Numbered from the stretch's first letter, positions 8,542-16,155 are shown. The stretch: 64,000 nt of DNA from Candidatus Dormibacteria bacterium (GCA_050734515.1 JBOHUM010000099.1:3123-67122), one strand, 5' to 3'. Made by a program: numbers and translations. The notes: generated by a model not told the origin, from the letters alone.

Positions 8542-9276
8542 TCAGCGCCGCCTCGTGGCTGGCGCAAGAGGGCCACCACACTGGGGTCCCGAGCCTCCCG
8601 CTATCGCCTGAAGTGCTTGATAGGGGTCGGAGATGGCTTGCTCGGCCCCTTCGCAGGCAAGAGCTCCGGCCGGAACTGCCCAGATAGCTTGGGTAGCATC
8701 GAGCAGCAGCCAGGGCGCGACGTGATGAGGCGTCACGGCGATGCTGATGGCGTGCGAACCTGCGTCGACCTCCAGGACGTCTACGTCCTGGGCTAGGGGT
8801 ACGACGCACGCCACGTCGCTGACCTGGCCGCACAGACTGACGCCAGGCCCGACGGTGCCCGTTTGTGGTCCGGAAACGGCAAACAGGTCGACTCGTTGTC
8901 CGGCGGTCAGGGAGGGCGGAACGAAGGCCAGGTTTAGGGTCAACTGCCGCAGGGCTGACCCTGACCCGAAGGCAAGGTCGTGCCGCAGGATCAAGTCGCC
9001 CTTGGGTATCGTGACCAGGGCAACAGCGCCCTCAACCACCCGGTAACGTGCCTGGGGGATCACGTCTTCGCGGCCGGCCGAACCGAGATGAACCAGAGCG
9101 CCGACGGAGCTTAGGTCCTGGGTACTCGCCTGCAGGACCGTCCCGGCTGCTATGGTCCGGGCTGCCACCACAACCCTTTCGTCCCCGCGCTGGGCCACCA
9201 CCCCTAGGTACAGAAACCCCGCGAGCGCGACGCAGAAGGTCAGAAGACCCGTGATCAGTGCGATCCGTCGTCTCAA
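8542..9276 (-). CDS. cpaB: CpaB/RcpC-like Flp pilus assembly protein
   Basis: TTG start preceded by GGAGAGGGGG. N-terminal TM (IALITGLLTFCVALAGFLYLGVV) followed by a SAF-like segment, ERVVVAARTIAAGTVL. Confidence 0.75.
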   Translation of the reverse strand: MRRRIALITGLLTFCVALAGFLYLGVVAQRGDERVVVAARTIAAGTVLQASTQDLSSVGALVHLGSAGREDVIPQARYRVVEGAVALVTIPKGDLILRHDLAFGSGSALRQLTLNLAFVPPSLTAGQRVDLFAVSGPQTGTVGPGVSLCGQVSDVACVVPLAQDVDVLEVDAGSHAISIAVTPHHVAPWLLLDATQAIWAVPAGALACEGAEQAISDPYQALQAIAGGSGPQCGGPLAPATRRR

Positions 9277-9356
9277 TTATTGCCCCCTCTCCCCGCCCCA
9301 TCACCCTGGGTAGCCCGCCCGAGCCACCTCCCACCCACGATTGTGCAACGCGAGTA

Positions 9357-9392
9357 CCCCCTTGGGAAAGGGGGGGCCCTACAGGTGGCCCC
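9357..9392 (-). terminator. two adjacent GC hairpins after the ECF sigma gene (terminator-like, no U-tract)
   Basis: CCCCCTT-GGGA-AAGGGGG (9357-9374) and GGGGCC-N8-GGCCCC (9373-9392), lying between the sigma stop (9413) and the cpaB start (9276). Confidence 0.3.
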
Positions 9393-9412
9393 TGCGCAGG
9401 GCCTTGGCCAAC

Positions 9413-9925
9413 TCAAGCAGCTGGGCGCAGATAGGTCGAGCTCCCATCGGCGCGCAGCTTGGCCAGGGCGCGTTTGTAGAGGCCTCGCACCCGCTCCCTG
9501 GGCACTCCCCAGCTGGCCGCGATCTCGGCCGTGGTTCTACCCTCGATGACATGGGCGTGCAGCACCCGAGCCTGCCCGGGGGTGAGGCGCGTGAGCGCCG
9601 AGCGAATCAGAGCTGCTTCGCAGACGACGGCGCAAGGGTCTGAGTGCGGGTCCCCGAAGGAGGCGTGGTTGGGGCACGCGATGAGGAGCGCCTCCAGGGC
9701 CGGGCCCGCGTGCCGAGCCCGTACCTGGTCCGCCTCCCAGCGGTGGTGCCACCGGTGAAAGGCGATGCTGCGCAGCCAGGCTCGAAGACTGGCCTCGCGG
9801 TCCCCCTGGAAGGTGTGCAGCCTTGTCAGGGCAGTGGTGAACACGTCCTGTACCAGATCAGCGCGGTCCTCGGCAGGTCGCCTGCCGAAGCAGCGCTCTA
9901 CGTCGCCGCGGAACGTTGAGAACAT
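9413..9925 (-). CDS. ECF-type sigma-70 family factor
   Basis: Region 2: DLVQDVFTTALTRLHTFQGDREASLRAWLRSIAFHR. Region 4: LTPGQARVLHAHVIEGRTTAEIAASWGVPRERVRGLYKRALAKLR. Start chosen at ATG 9925 (MFSTFRGD...). Confidence 0.85.
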   Translation of the reverse strand: MFSTFRGDVERCFGRRPAEDRADLVQDVFTTALTRLHTFQGDREASLRAWLRSIAFHRWHHRWEADQVRARHAGPALEALLIACPNHASFGDPHSDPCAVVCEAALIRSALTRLTPGQARVLHAHVIEGRTTAEIAASWGVPRERVRGLYKRALAKLRADGSSTYLRPAA

Positions 9926-10192
9926 CCATTCCACTTGAGAGGGCTGCCTCAGGCGCAGCCCCTCTACCCTCCCGGCAAACTCGGCGTCTGACACCCTGCA
10001 ACTCCCTCCAACCCGGCTTCGGCACATCCAGGAAGGCAGTCTCGATCGAGGGATGCTCAGGCCACTCCCTGAAAACGTCTAGATCCTGCCCGGTGTCTGC
10101 AGCCAGTTCGCAGTCCTCGCAGACGCGCCAGCCCGAGGGCAGCTACGCTATGGGCACTAGGCGGAGGAGGGATAGCTACGGCCGGATCAGCG

Positions 10193-10876
10193 GTGATGGC
10201 GGCCCGCGTGCTTGTGGTTGAGGACAACCCAGGCACCCTGGAGGCACTGAGTCAGTTGTTTGTCGCCCAGGGCTACCGCGTGCTTCCAGCCTGCGGCGGC
10301 CGGGAGGCCCTCGAACGGTTGGACTCCGACCATCCCGACTGCATGGTCCTCGACTACGCCATGCCTGCTGTCAATGGCCTCGAGGTTCTTCACACGCTTC
10401 GGGCCGCTGGCAATACCGTCCCGGTAGTGATGCTCAGTGCCAAGAGCGACGCGTACGACCGCGTCGCCGGGTATGGCGCCGGCGCTGATGTCTACGTCGG
10501 CAAGGATGAGGACCCAGGAGTCCTCTTAGCAGTTGTGCGACGCCTACTGCAAAGCCGCAGCCGACTCTCAGCCGTCGTCGAGATCGGTGGGCTCCGACTC
10601 GACATGGACGCGTGGAACTGCACGGTGGACGGGCGAGACGTAGCCTTGCCACCACGACTCTTTTCCCTGCTGAGTGCTTTGATCGGTCAACCCGGGAAGG
10701 TCTTTCGAAAGGAGCAGCTTCTCAACCTAGTGTGGGGAGTAAATTCCGACGTCTATCATCGGGCTGTTGACAACGCCGTCGTCGAACTGCGTCATTGCCT
10801 AGGCGACGACAGCCGCAGTCCTCGCTTTGTCCACACGGTGCGGGGAATCGGGTACAAGTTCGACGCTCGACGATGA
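10193..10876 (+). CDS. OmpR-family response regulator
   Basis: Receiver domain RVLVVEDNPG...DCMVLDYAMPAVNG...VVMLSAK. Winged-helix domain ...FRKEQLLNLVWG...VHTVRGIGYKF. Confidence 0.95.
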   Translation: MMAARVLVVEDNPGTLEALSQLFVAQGYRVLPACGGREALERLDSDHPDCMVLDYAMPAVNGLEVLHTLRAAGNTVPVVMLSAKSDAYDRVAGYGAGADVYVGKDEDPGVLLAVVRRLLQSRSRLSAVVEIGGLRLDMDAWNCTVDGRDVALPPRLFSLLSALIGQPGKVFRKEQLLNLVWGVNSDVYHRAVDNAVVELRHCLGDDSRSPRFVHTVRGIGYKFDARR

Positions 10877-11973
10877 CACGCAGGTGGCGCGTAGCCGAAA
10901 GTGCCCCGCCGATCACCGCGTCTGACGTGGCTAGCGAGATCGTTTGGAACACCTCGGCCGGGATTGCCGTCTTCGACGCTGCAGGGCACATCGCCTACTC
11001 AAACCCTGCGTTTGACGCCGTGAACCGCAATGGCGAGGTCATCAATGACCGCGGGTTCATCCAGGACGCCGAGACGGAGCGAGTCAGGCTGAGCCTGGGG
11101 GGTCGGCGCGCCGGCGCGCGGCTAGCTGTACGGCTTGGCGGCCGACCCCGCCAAGTCGAGGTGCTCCCACTGAGCGCCGCCAGAGGCTGGGTAGCCCTCC
11201 TCATCCTGGGAGATGGGGTGGAGGCCGAGATGCAAGTGGATGACCTATCGCTAGGATCCCTGGTCCACGAGTTGAGGTCTCCGGTGCTCACCGCTCGGCT
11301 AGCCTTGGACCAACTTACGGCGACGGTGGACACGGAGCGGGTGGAATCTGCCGGCGCCCTCACCAGGCAAGGAGCGGCCTTGGCTCGGCTCGCCGCTACC
11401 CTGGAGGGTCTTGCCGATCTCAGCAGGGCGCGCGACCTAGAACAGCAGCGGCTCCCGATGGCTCGCCTTGACCTAGGTTACGAAGTTCGGCAGGTAGGGG
11501 AGACCTTCCGCGAGTTGGCTGAGGGAAACGGGTTTGCGCTTGAGGTCAGAACCGAGGACGGCGCCATCCCAATCCAAGGCAGTGCCGGGTTAATCGCTCG
11601 CGCCATTTCCAATCTCGTCGACAACGCGCTCAAGTACTCCCAACCCCCGGGTCCTGTGCGACTAAGCGCAAGCCGAAAAGGAGCACTGGCAGTGGTCGAG
11701 GTCGCCGACGAAGGCCCCGGCGTGCCCGCCGAGCATGAGCAGAGAATCTTCGCCGAGTTCGCCCGCGGACCGCAGGCGGCGAGCCGACCGATACCAGGCA
11801 GCGGCCTCGGGTTGGCGGTGACGCGCCAAGTGGCTCGGGCCCACGGAGGGACCCTCTCCATGGAGAGCTCGCCGCACCACCTGACCACATTTCGGCTCAG
11901 CTTCCTGCTGGCGCGTAGTGCCGGGCGGGAGGAGCAGCCTCGAGGAGGTACCCCGGAGCCGGCGTCGAACTAA
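10873..11973 (+). CDS. cytoplasmic PAS-containing sensor histidine kinase
   Basis: ATGA overlap with the regulator stop. PAS-like AGIAVFDAAGHIAYSNPAFDAV. H-box SLVHELRSPV. N/G boxes NLVDNALKYS...DEGPGVP...GSGLGLAV. No TM segment seen. Confidence 0.9.
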   Translation: MTRRWRVAESAPPITASDVASEIVWNTSAGIAVFDAAGHIAYSNPAFDAVNRNGEVINDRGFIQDAETERVRLSLGGRRAGARLAVRLGGRPRQVEVLPLSAARGWVALLILGDGVEAEMQVDDLSLGSLVHELRSPVLTARLALDQLTATVDTERVESAGALTRQGAALARLAATLEGLADLSRARDLEQQRLPMARLDLGYEVRQVGETFRELAEGNGFALEVRTEDGAIPIQGSAGLIARAISNLVDNALKYSQPPGPVRLSASRKGALAVVEVADEGPGVPAEHEQRIFAEFARGPQAASRPIPGSGLGLAVTRQVARAHGGTLSMESSPHHLTTFRLSFLLARSAGREEQPRGGTPEPASN

Positions 11974-11988
11974 ACTCTGAGGGTCCTC

Positions 11989-12065
11989 GCCCGCATGGCT
12001 CAATTGGTTAGAGCAGGGGACTCTTAATCCCAAGGTTGCAGGTTCGAGTCCTGCTGCGGGCACCA
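11989..12065 (+). tRNA. tRNA-Lys (anticodon CTT), CCA encoded
   Basis: Hand-folded cloverleaf. Acceptor GCCCGCA/TGCGGGC. D arm GCTC-AATTGGTTA-GAGC. Anticodon arm GGGGA-CTCTTAA-TCCCA. Variable loop AGGTT. T arm GCAGG-TTCGAGT-CCTGC. Discriminator A followed by CCA. 77 nt. Confidence 0.95.
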
Positions 12066-12143
12066 CGGTAGTTTTAGTTCGAGTTTGAAGGTTGCTCCAG
12101 ATGGGCCGATTTCGGCTCATCGGGGCCTGCCGGAAGTGGTTTT

Positions 12144-12235
12144 GGGCGGGTTCAGGGCGCGCCTGGCGAAGGGCTAGGGCAGAACTGGGTGGCGAGGTGG
12201 CTGCCCGCCGAATTCTGAGCGCGCCCAAACCGCCC
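12144..12235. other. long imperfect inverted repeat / nested hairpin downstream of tRNA-Lys
   Basis: GGGCGG(G)TT(CA)GGGCGCGC at 12144-12162 pairs with GCGCGCCCAAACCGCCC at 12219-12235 (about 16 bp in two helices). An inner hairpin, GGGCAG (12177-12182) / CTGCCC (12201-12206), sits inside. The segment is lower in GC than its flanks. Confidence 0.3.
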
Positions 12236-12358
12236 TTGATGAGTGAGTCGGGTGACACCTGACAGTTCGTCTTCGCCTGATGCTCTACACGACTTCGGCT
12301 GGGGCCTTACAGCTACTTCGGGTGATGCTTGACACTCCCCGCCACGGGGGAGTTGAGC

Positions 12359-12553
12359 ATGGCCGAGGAAACGGTCATGACGAGGGAAGGGCCGGCCTCC
12401 GAACGGGTCGCTGAGCTCGCCTGGATCTTCGGTCTCGATCTCGACTTTGCCCGCCCGCTCCAGCGCCTAGAGTCGTCCGCCGCCGGGCGGGTCACGGCCA
12501 GAGCCACGCGGGTGGTCGCCCCTCTAGCTCGTGGGGGGCGAGTGAGGGATTGA
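12359..12553 (+). CDS. possible small hypothetical protein
   Basis: MAEETVMTREGPASERVAELAWIFGLDLDFARPLQRLE... (64 aa). GC3 is moderately high by hand count. No recognisable family. A competing antisense ORF lies at 12313-12507. Confidence 0.2.
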   Translation: MAEETVMTREGPASERVAELAWIFGLDLDFARPLQRLESSAAGRVTARATRVVAPLARGGRVRD

Positions 12554-12567
12554 CGATGGTTAGCCCC

Positions 12568-13185
12568 TCACCATCCGGCCAGGGTCGCCTTGACGAGGGC
12601 TTCCCCCATCCATGCCAGGAGCTCGATGGCCTGGTTACGGGGCAGGAGGGCGATATCGCTGGTCCAGACGACCGCGTCGGATCCGAACAGTGGGATCAGT
12701 GCGGCGGCGAGACGGTCGCGTGCGGCTGGCGGGACATCCCCGGGCAGGCCTTTGACAAGCGCGGCGATCCAACGCCCACGATTGGTCCCGGCCTGCCGCG
12801 GTGGGAGCGCCTGGCGATTGGGCGCCAGCGAAAGATGGAGCACCCGGCGCAGCTCAGGCTCATGGTCGAACGCCCAGGCGGCGGTCACGCGCACGAGGTC
12901 CGCAGCTCTGGCCGGGAGCTCGCCGGGCGGGGCGGACGCCAGGGGGGACCAATCGGGGTCGGCGAGCGGATCGTCCGCCAACGACATGGTGGCGTGCAGC
13001 ACCACCGCATCGTTGTTCCAGAAGTAGCGGTAGGCGGTCGCGCGCGAGACTCCGGCGAGCTCGGCCGCCGCCTGCACCGTCAGCGGGCGCCCCGTGCGCA
13101 TCAACTCCCGGGCGGCTTCCCGCAGGAGACGCCAGGTCCGGGCCCTGGGACCAGAGGCCCCCGCGGGGGAGTGTGAGCTAGCCAT
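12568..13185 (-). CDS. TetR-family transcriptional regulator
   Basis: Internal ATG 13185 (MASSHSPAG...). HTH segment LTVQAAAELAGVSRATAYRYFWNNDAVV. The track ORF's 69-codon extension crosses the divergent promoter. Confidence 0.85.
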   Translation of the reverse strand: MASSHSPAGASGPRARTWRLLREAARELMRTGRPLTVQAAAELAGVSRATAYRYFWNNDAVVLHATMSLADDPLADPDWSPLASAPPGELPARAADLVRVTAAWAFDHEPELRRVLHLSLAPNRQALPPRQAGTNRGRWIAALVKGLPGDVPPAARDRLAAALIPLFGSDAVVWTSDIALLPRNQAIELLAWMGEALVKATLAGW

Positions 13186-13196
13186 GGCTTGACCCC

Positions 13197-13225
13197 TTGA
13201 CAGGACGGATCCTTTGGTCCATGAT
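13197..13225 (+). promoter_or_regulatory. sigma-70-type promoter TTGACA-N17-CATGAT for the VOC cassette
   Basis: TTGACA at 13197-13202, a 17-nt spacer, then CATGAT at 13220-13225. The same hexamers and spacing recur at 15040-15068. Confidence 0.45.
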
Positions 13226-13242
13226 ACAGCCCATCTTGATTT

Positions 13243-13257
13243 GAGACTGCCAGTCTC
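13243..13257. promoter_or_regulatory. palindromic operator candidate (TetR site)
   Basis: GAGACTG-C-CAGTCTC, perfect 7-bp arms, located between the predicted -10 and the VOC start codon in the tetR/VOC divergent region. Confidence 0.45.
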
Positions 13258-13279
13258 GTCAGCGATCAAGGAGGATGCC

Positions 13280-13729
13280 ATGACCACCGTAGCCGACCAC
13301 GCCCCTGCTCCCCCGGCCGTCCCGACGGTAACCGGGTTCCAGCATCTCGGGCTCACCGTGCGCGACATCGCCGCCAGCGAGGACTGGTACACCAGGGTCC
13401 TGGGGCTGGTCCGCCTCTTCGTGGAGCCTCACGGAACCGGAGACGGCTACACGATCGTGATGACCCGTCCGGGCACCGCGCTATTCATGGGCCTCGACCA
13501 CCACCCCAGCGCGGACCGCAAGATGTTCAGCGAGCTCCACACCGGGCTCGACCACTTCGCGATCCAGGTCGCTGGCCGGGAAGACATCGACGAATGGCTT
13601 ACTCACCTGGACGCCATGGGTGTCGAGCGCGGCGCGTTGATCGAGGCTACGGAGCCGGTGCGGCGAGCCCAGGTGACGTTCCGCGACCCGGACGGGATCC
13701 CGATCGAGCTCTTCTGGCTCGCAGGCTGA
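13280..13729 (+). CDS. VOC (glyoxalase/bleomycin-resistance/dioxygenase) family protein
   Basis: ATG 13280 preceded by AAGGAGG. FQHLGLTVRDIAASEDWYTRVLGL...LDHFAIQV...FRDPDGIPIELF. Confidence 0.85.
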   Translation: MTTVADHAPAPPAVPTVTGFQHLGLTVRDIAASEDWYTRVLGLVRLFVEPHGTGDGYTIVMTRPGTALFMGLDHHPSADRKMFSELHTGLDHFAIQVAGREDIDEWLTHLDAMGVERGALIEATEPVRRAQVTFRDPDGIPIELFWLAG

Positions 13730-13732
13730 GGT

Positions 13733-14224
13733 GTGGTGATGGATGTTCGACCCGAACTGCCGACTCGTCCCGGGGCGCGGCCGCGGACCCGCACCGACTT
13801 TCCCCAGTCCCAACTCGACCAGCAACCCGCCGACGGCGGGCACGTAGATGCCGTCTATGCGGAGGCGCTCACCTGGCCCAACGTGCTCGGCCGACCCACC
13901 CAGATCTCGGTCGAGGGTTCCCGTGCCCTGACGTTGGAGGAGAGCAGCGCCGCTGGGCCGGCCGAAGCGTTCATGATCGGCCACGAGTTCTGCCACGTGC
14001 ACGCTCAGGGCGACTGCAGCCTGCACGCTTCCTTGCCGGTTCCATTGGCGAAGGCGGCGGAGCGCGCGGGCTGGGCCGAGCCCCACTTCCTCGTCCACAC
14101 CGGCCAAGCGCCTGCGACCATCGTCCTGGTCTACGCCCCTCGCGACGAAGCCGAGCGGGCCGTCGTTCTCCAACTCGTCCGCGCCTCATACGAATTCGCC
14201 CTGGGCGCGGGGACCAGCTCATAG
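13733..14224 (+). CDS. conserved hypothetical protein, resembles the DUF5519 / 'luciferase-domain' family
   Basis: ...EAFMIGHEFCHVHAQGDCSLHASLP...GWAEPHFLV...VLVYAPRDEAERAVVLQLVRASYEFA. Family assignment is from memory of the motif pattern, not a search. Confidence 0.55.
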   Translation: MVMDVRPELPTRPGARPRTRTDFPQSQLDQQPADGGHVDAVYAEALTWPNVLGRPTQISVEGSRALTLEESSAAGPAEAFMIGHEFCHVHAQGDCSLHASLPVPLAKAAERAGWAEPHFLVHTGQAPATIVLVYAPRDEAERAVVLQLVRASYEFALGAGTSS

Positions 14225-14263
14225 CCGGCCCCGCGCCCCAACCCACCTCACCAAGGAGCACCG

Positions 14264-14713
14264 ATGCCCATCCATGTGACCCCAGCCAACGGCGGCGAGC
14301 AATCCGGCGGCGGCCCGATCCGCTGCCGCGTCATCGAGGACGGTTCACACACGCAGCATCGACTCGGCCTCATCGAGGCCATCGTGCCGCCGGGCCCGGC
14401 CGGACCGCCCCCGCACGTGCACCGGGAGCACGACGAGATGTTCATCGTGACGGAGGGGAAGCTCAGATTCACCTCCGGCACGGACACTGTTGACGTCGAA
14501 GCGGGGTCGTGCGTCGCGGTACCGGCGGGGACACCGCACGCATTCTTCAACCCCTTCGGAGAACCAGGAAAGTTCCTGTGCACGGTCACTCCCGACCGCT
14601 ACATCCAGTACTTCCGCGAGCTGAGCAGGCTCCCCGTCGGTGACGACGGGCAGCTGAACCCCGCTGACGTCGTCCGGGCAATGGCTACGTACGCCACCGA
14701 TGTGATCCGCTAA
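14264..14713 (+). CDS. cupin domain protein
   Basis: SD AAGGAGC. Cupin motifs PPPHVHREHDEMFIVTEGKL...VAVPAGTPHAFFNP. Confidence 0.85.
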   Translation: MPIHVTPANGGEQSGGGPIRCRVIEDGSHTQHRLGLIEAIVPPGPAGPPPHVHREHDEMFIVTEGKLRFTSGTDTVDVEAGSCVAVPAGTPHAFFNPFGEPGKFLCTVTPDRYIQYFRELSRLPVGDDGQLNPADVVRAMATYATDVIR

Positions 14714-15039
14714 CTCCAGGGACCACCCGGGCCCGAAGCGCCTCGGCACGCGCTGTCTCAGTTCGGGCTGACTACAGGCACGCGAATTGGGACTGACGGG
14801 ACCCCGTCCTCGATCAGTCGGGGGTGTCATCATCAAGGCGGCGACCGCGACCCGAGCGCCGCTTTACTGACGGTTCTCCGCCTCGGCCGCTGGCTGGCTG
14901 CCTGCTGGCTACTCGAGCTCTTGGAGCTGCGCCCCCCCCAAGTACTGTCCGCCCGGTTGGGGGCGGGGCGACCGCGGGGCAGCGACAGCGGCGGTGGGCC
15001 CACATGCCCGACGCGCCTGAGCGTACATGTGTTTGCCCC

Positions 15040-15068
15040 TTGACACGAGGCAGAAGCTGATGCATGAT
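15040..15068 (+). promoter_or_regulatory. sigma-70-type promoter TTGACA-N17-CATGAT for the TA module
   Basis: TTGACA at 15040-15045, a 17-nt spacer, then CATGAT at 15063-15068. The expected TSS falls about 7 nt downstream, at or next to the antitoxin ATG (15076), which suggests a leaderless mRNA. Confidence 0.45.
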
Positions 15069-15075
15069 CTGCTTC

Positions 15076-15369
15076 ATGGACCGGGTCAGCATCTCAATCC
15101 CACCTGAACTCGCTCGAAAGCTGCGCGAGAACCCCTCGGCATATGGCGTGGCCGATCAGCGCTCCGAGGCGGCTCGCCTGCAGAAACTCCTTCTGGTCGG
15201 GGCTGAGCTGAGCCGACGCCGCGTTGAGGAGGAGGCAATGGCGGCGGCATATGACAAGTGGAGCGGAGACGACGAGCGCCGTGCGACCGTCGCCGGCGTG
15301 GCTGACCTCCTTCTTGGACAGACGGGATTAGCTGATTCAATTCTCAGGCGCCCCAAGCCGGGCGAGTGA
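15076..15369 (+). CDS. ribbon-helix-helix (CopG-like) antitoxin candidate
   Basis: MDRVSISIPPELARKLRE... matches the RHH beta-strand plus helix pattern. The stop overlaps the toxin GTG (GTGA, 15366-15369). An alternative ATG lies at 15064. Confidence 0.65.
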   Translation: MDRVSISIPPELARKLRENPSAYGVADQRSEAARLQKLLLVGAELSRRRVEEEAMAAAYDKWSGDDERRATVAGVADLLLGQTGLADSILRRPKPGE

Positions 15370-16028
15370 CCCCATCTCGGGGTGCCGTCTACACCCTGCG
15401 AGGCTACGGCAACAGTGGCGCTTTCCTGATCCTGACAAACGACATCTGGAACCTCAGCATGGCGTCTGCTGGAGGTGTCCTGGTCACTCGATCTGGAGAT
15501 CTGGATCCGCTGGCCGTTCCTCTGAATGTTATTGGCGCACTGGCCAATCCATCTCTGGTCATGGCCCTGCCTCATGAGAGGCTCGAGCCATCCCCAATCT
15601 ACTCACTCGAACCCGCCGAGCTGAGAGCCGTGGAACTAAGCCTCGCGGCGGTGCTTCGCCTCGGAACTGCGTTGGAGAATACTCCGCTGCCGGTAGGGCA
15701 GGTCAACTATCCTGTCCGGGGGCAAATTTACTATGGACCCAAGATTGCGGGCCAGGTGAAGCGATTCGTAGTGGTCTCGAACGATCAGCACAATCGGGTC
15801 ACTAAGCGACCTTGCGTCGTCAGGCTGACATCGCGTCAAAAGGCGGACTCAACGAGCTTCCCCGCAGTTTCCGGAAACAAGAGTAGGGCCTGCTGCGGCG
15901 ACGTCACCTTCCTCCCGCAAGAGGACCTCCACTTCCAGCCGTTTGACCGTCGACCGGTGCCGGACCACCTCCAGCCCCTCGACATGGGGAGAGTCGCCAA
16001 TGGCATCCGACAGACTCACTGTCTATGA
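15366..16028 (+). CDS. tandem-duplicated PemK/MazF-like toxin (two modules in one 220-aa chain)
   Basis: Module 1: PSRGAVYTL..AFLILTNDIWN..GVLVTRS..LEPAELRAVELSLAAVLRL. Module 2: PVRGQIYYG..VKRFVVVSNDQHN..CVVRLTSRQ..LQPLDMGRVANGIRQTHCL. Both follow the MazF pattern P.RG.(I/V)(Y/W)...(R)P.(L/V)V(V/L)S.D..N...V.V.P.TS...L....L..V...L. Confidence 0.6.
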   Translation: MTPSRGAVYTLRGYGNSGAFLILTNDIWNLSMASAGGVLVTRSGDLDPLAVPLNVIGALANPSLVMALPHERLEPSPIYSLEPAELRAVELSLAAVLRLGTALENTPLPVGQVNYPVRGQIYYGPKIAGQVKRFVVVSNDQHNRVTKRPCVVRLTSRQKADSTSFPAVSGNKSRACCGDVTFLPQEDLHFQPFDRRPVPDHLQPLDMGRVANGIRQTHCL

Positions 16029-16155
16029 CGCCTCGTGACGATGAACTACTACCCCGGCTCGTGCCCGGAGACTCAGCGTCCCGCGGGGCTCAACGAGCAG
16101 CTGGTCCAGCGTTCCGACGCTGGTCCGAGTGCCGGATGACACGTCGCCCTCCCCC

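Noticed and set aside
986-10192. Flp prepilin sORF or TadV peptidase hidden in or near the Tad operon
   Set aside because: I checked the intergenic segments (498-985, 9277-9412, 9926-10192) and every GAGTAC/GTACTC (Glu-Tyr) occurrence I could find. All lie inside other genes, and no short G-xxxx-EY plus hydrophobic-helix ORF was seen. This is absence of evidence only.
12329-12360. Third TTGACA promoter in front of the sORF 12359-12553
   Set aside because: The -35 hexamer is perfect, but the best -10 (GTTGAG/TTGAGC) is poor. A CTCCCC...GGGGAG hairpin fills the spacer, and the predicted TSS would fall inside the ORF.
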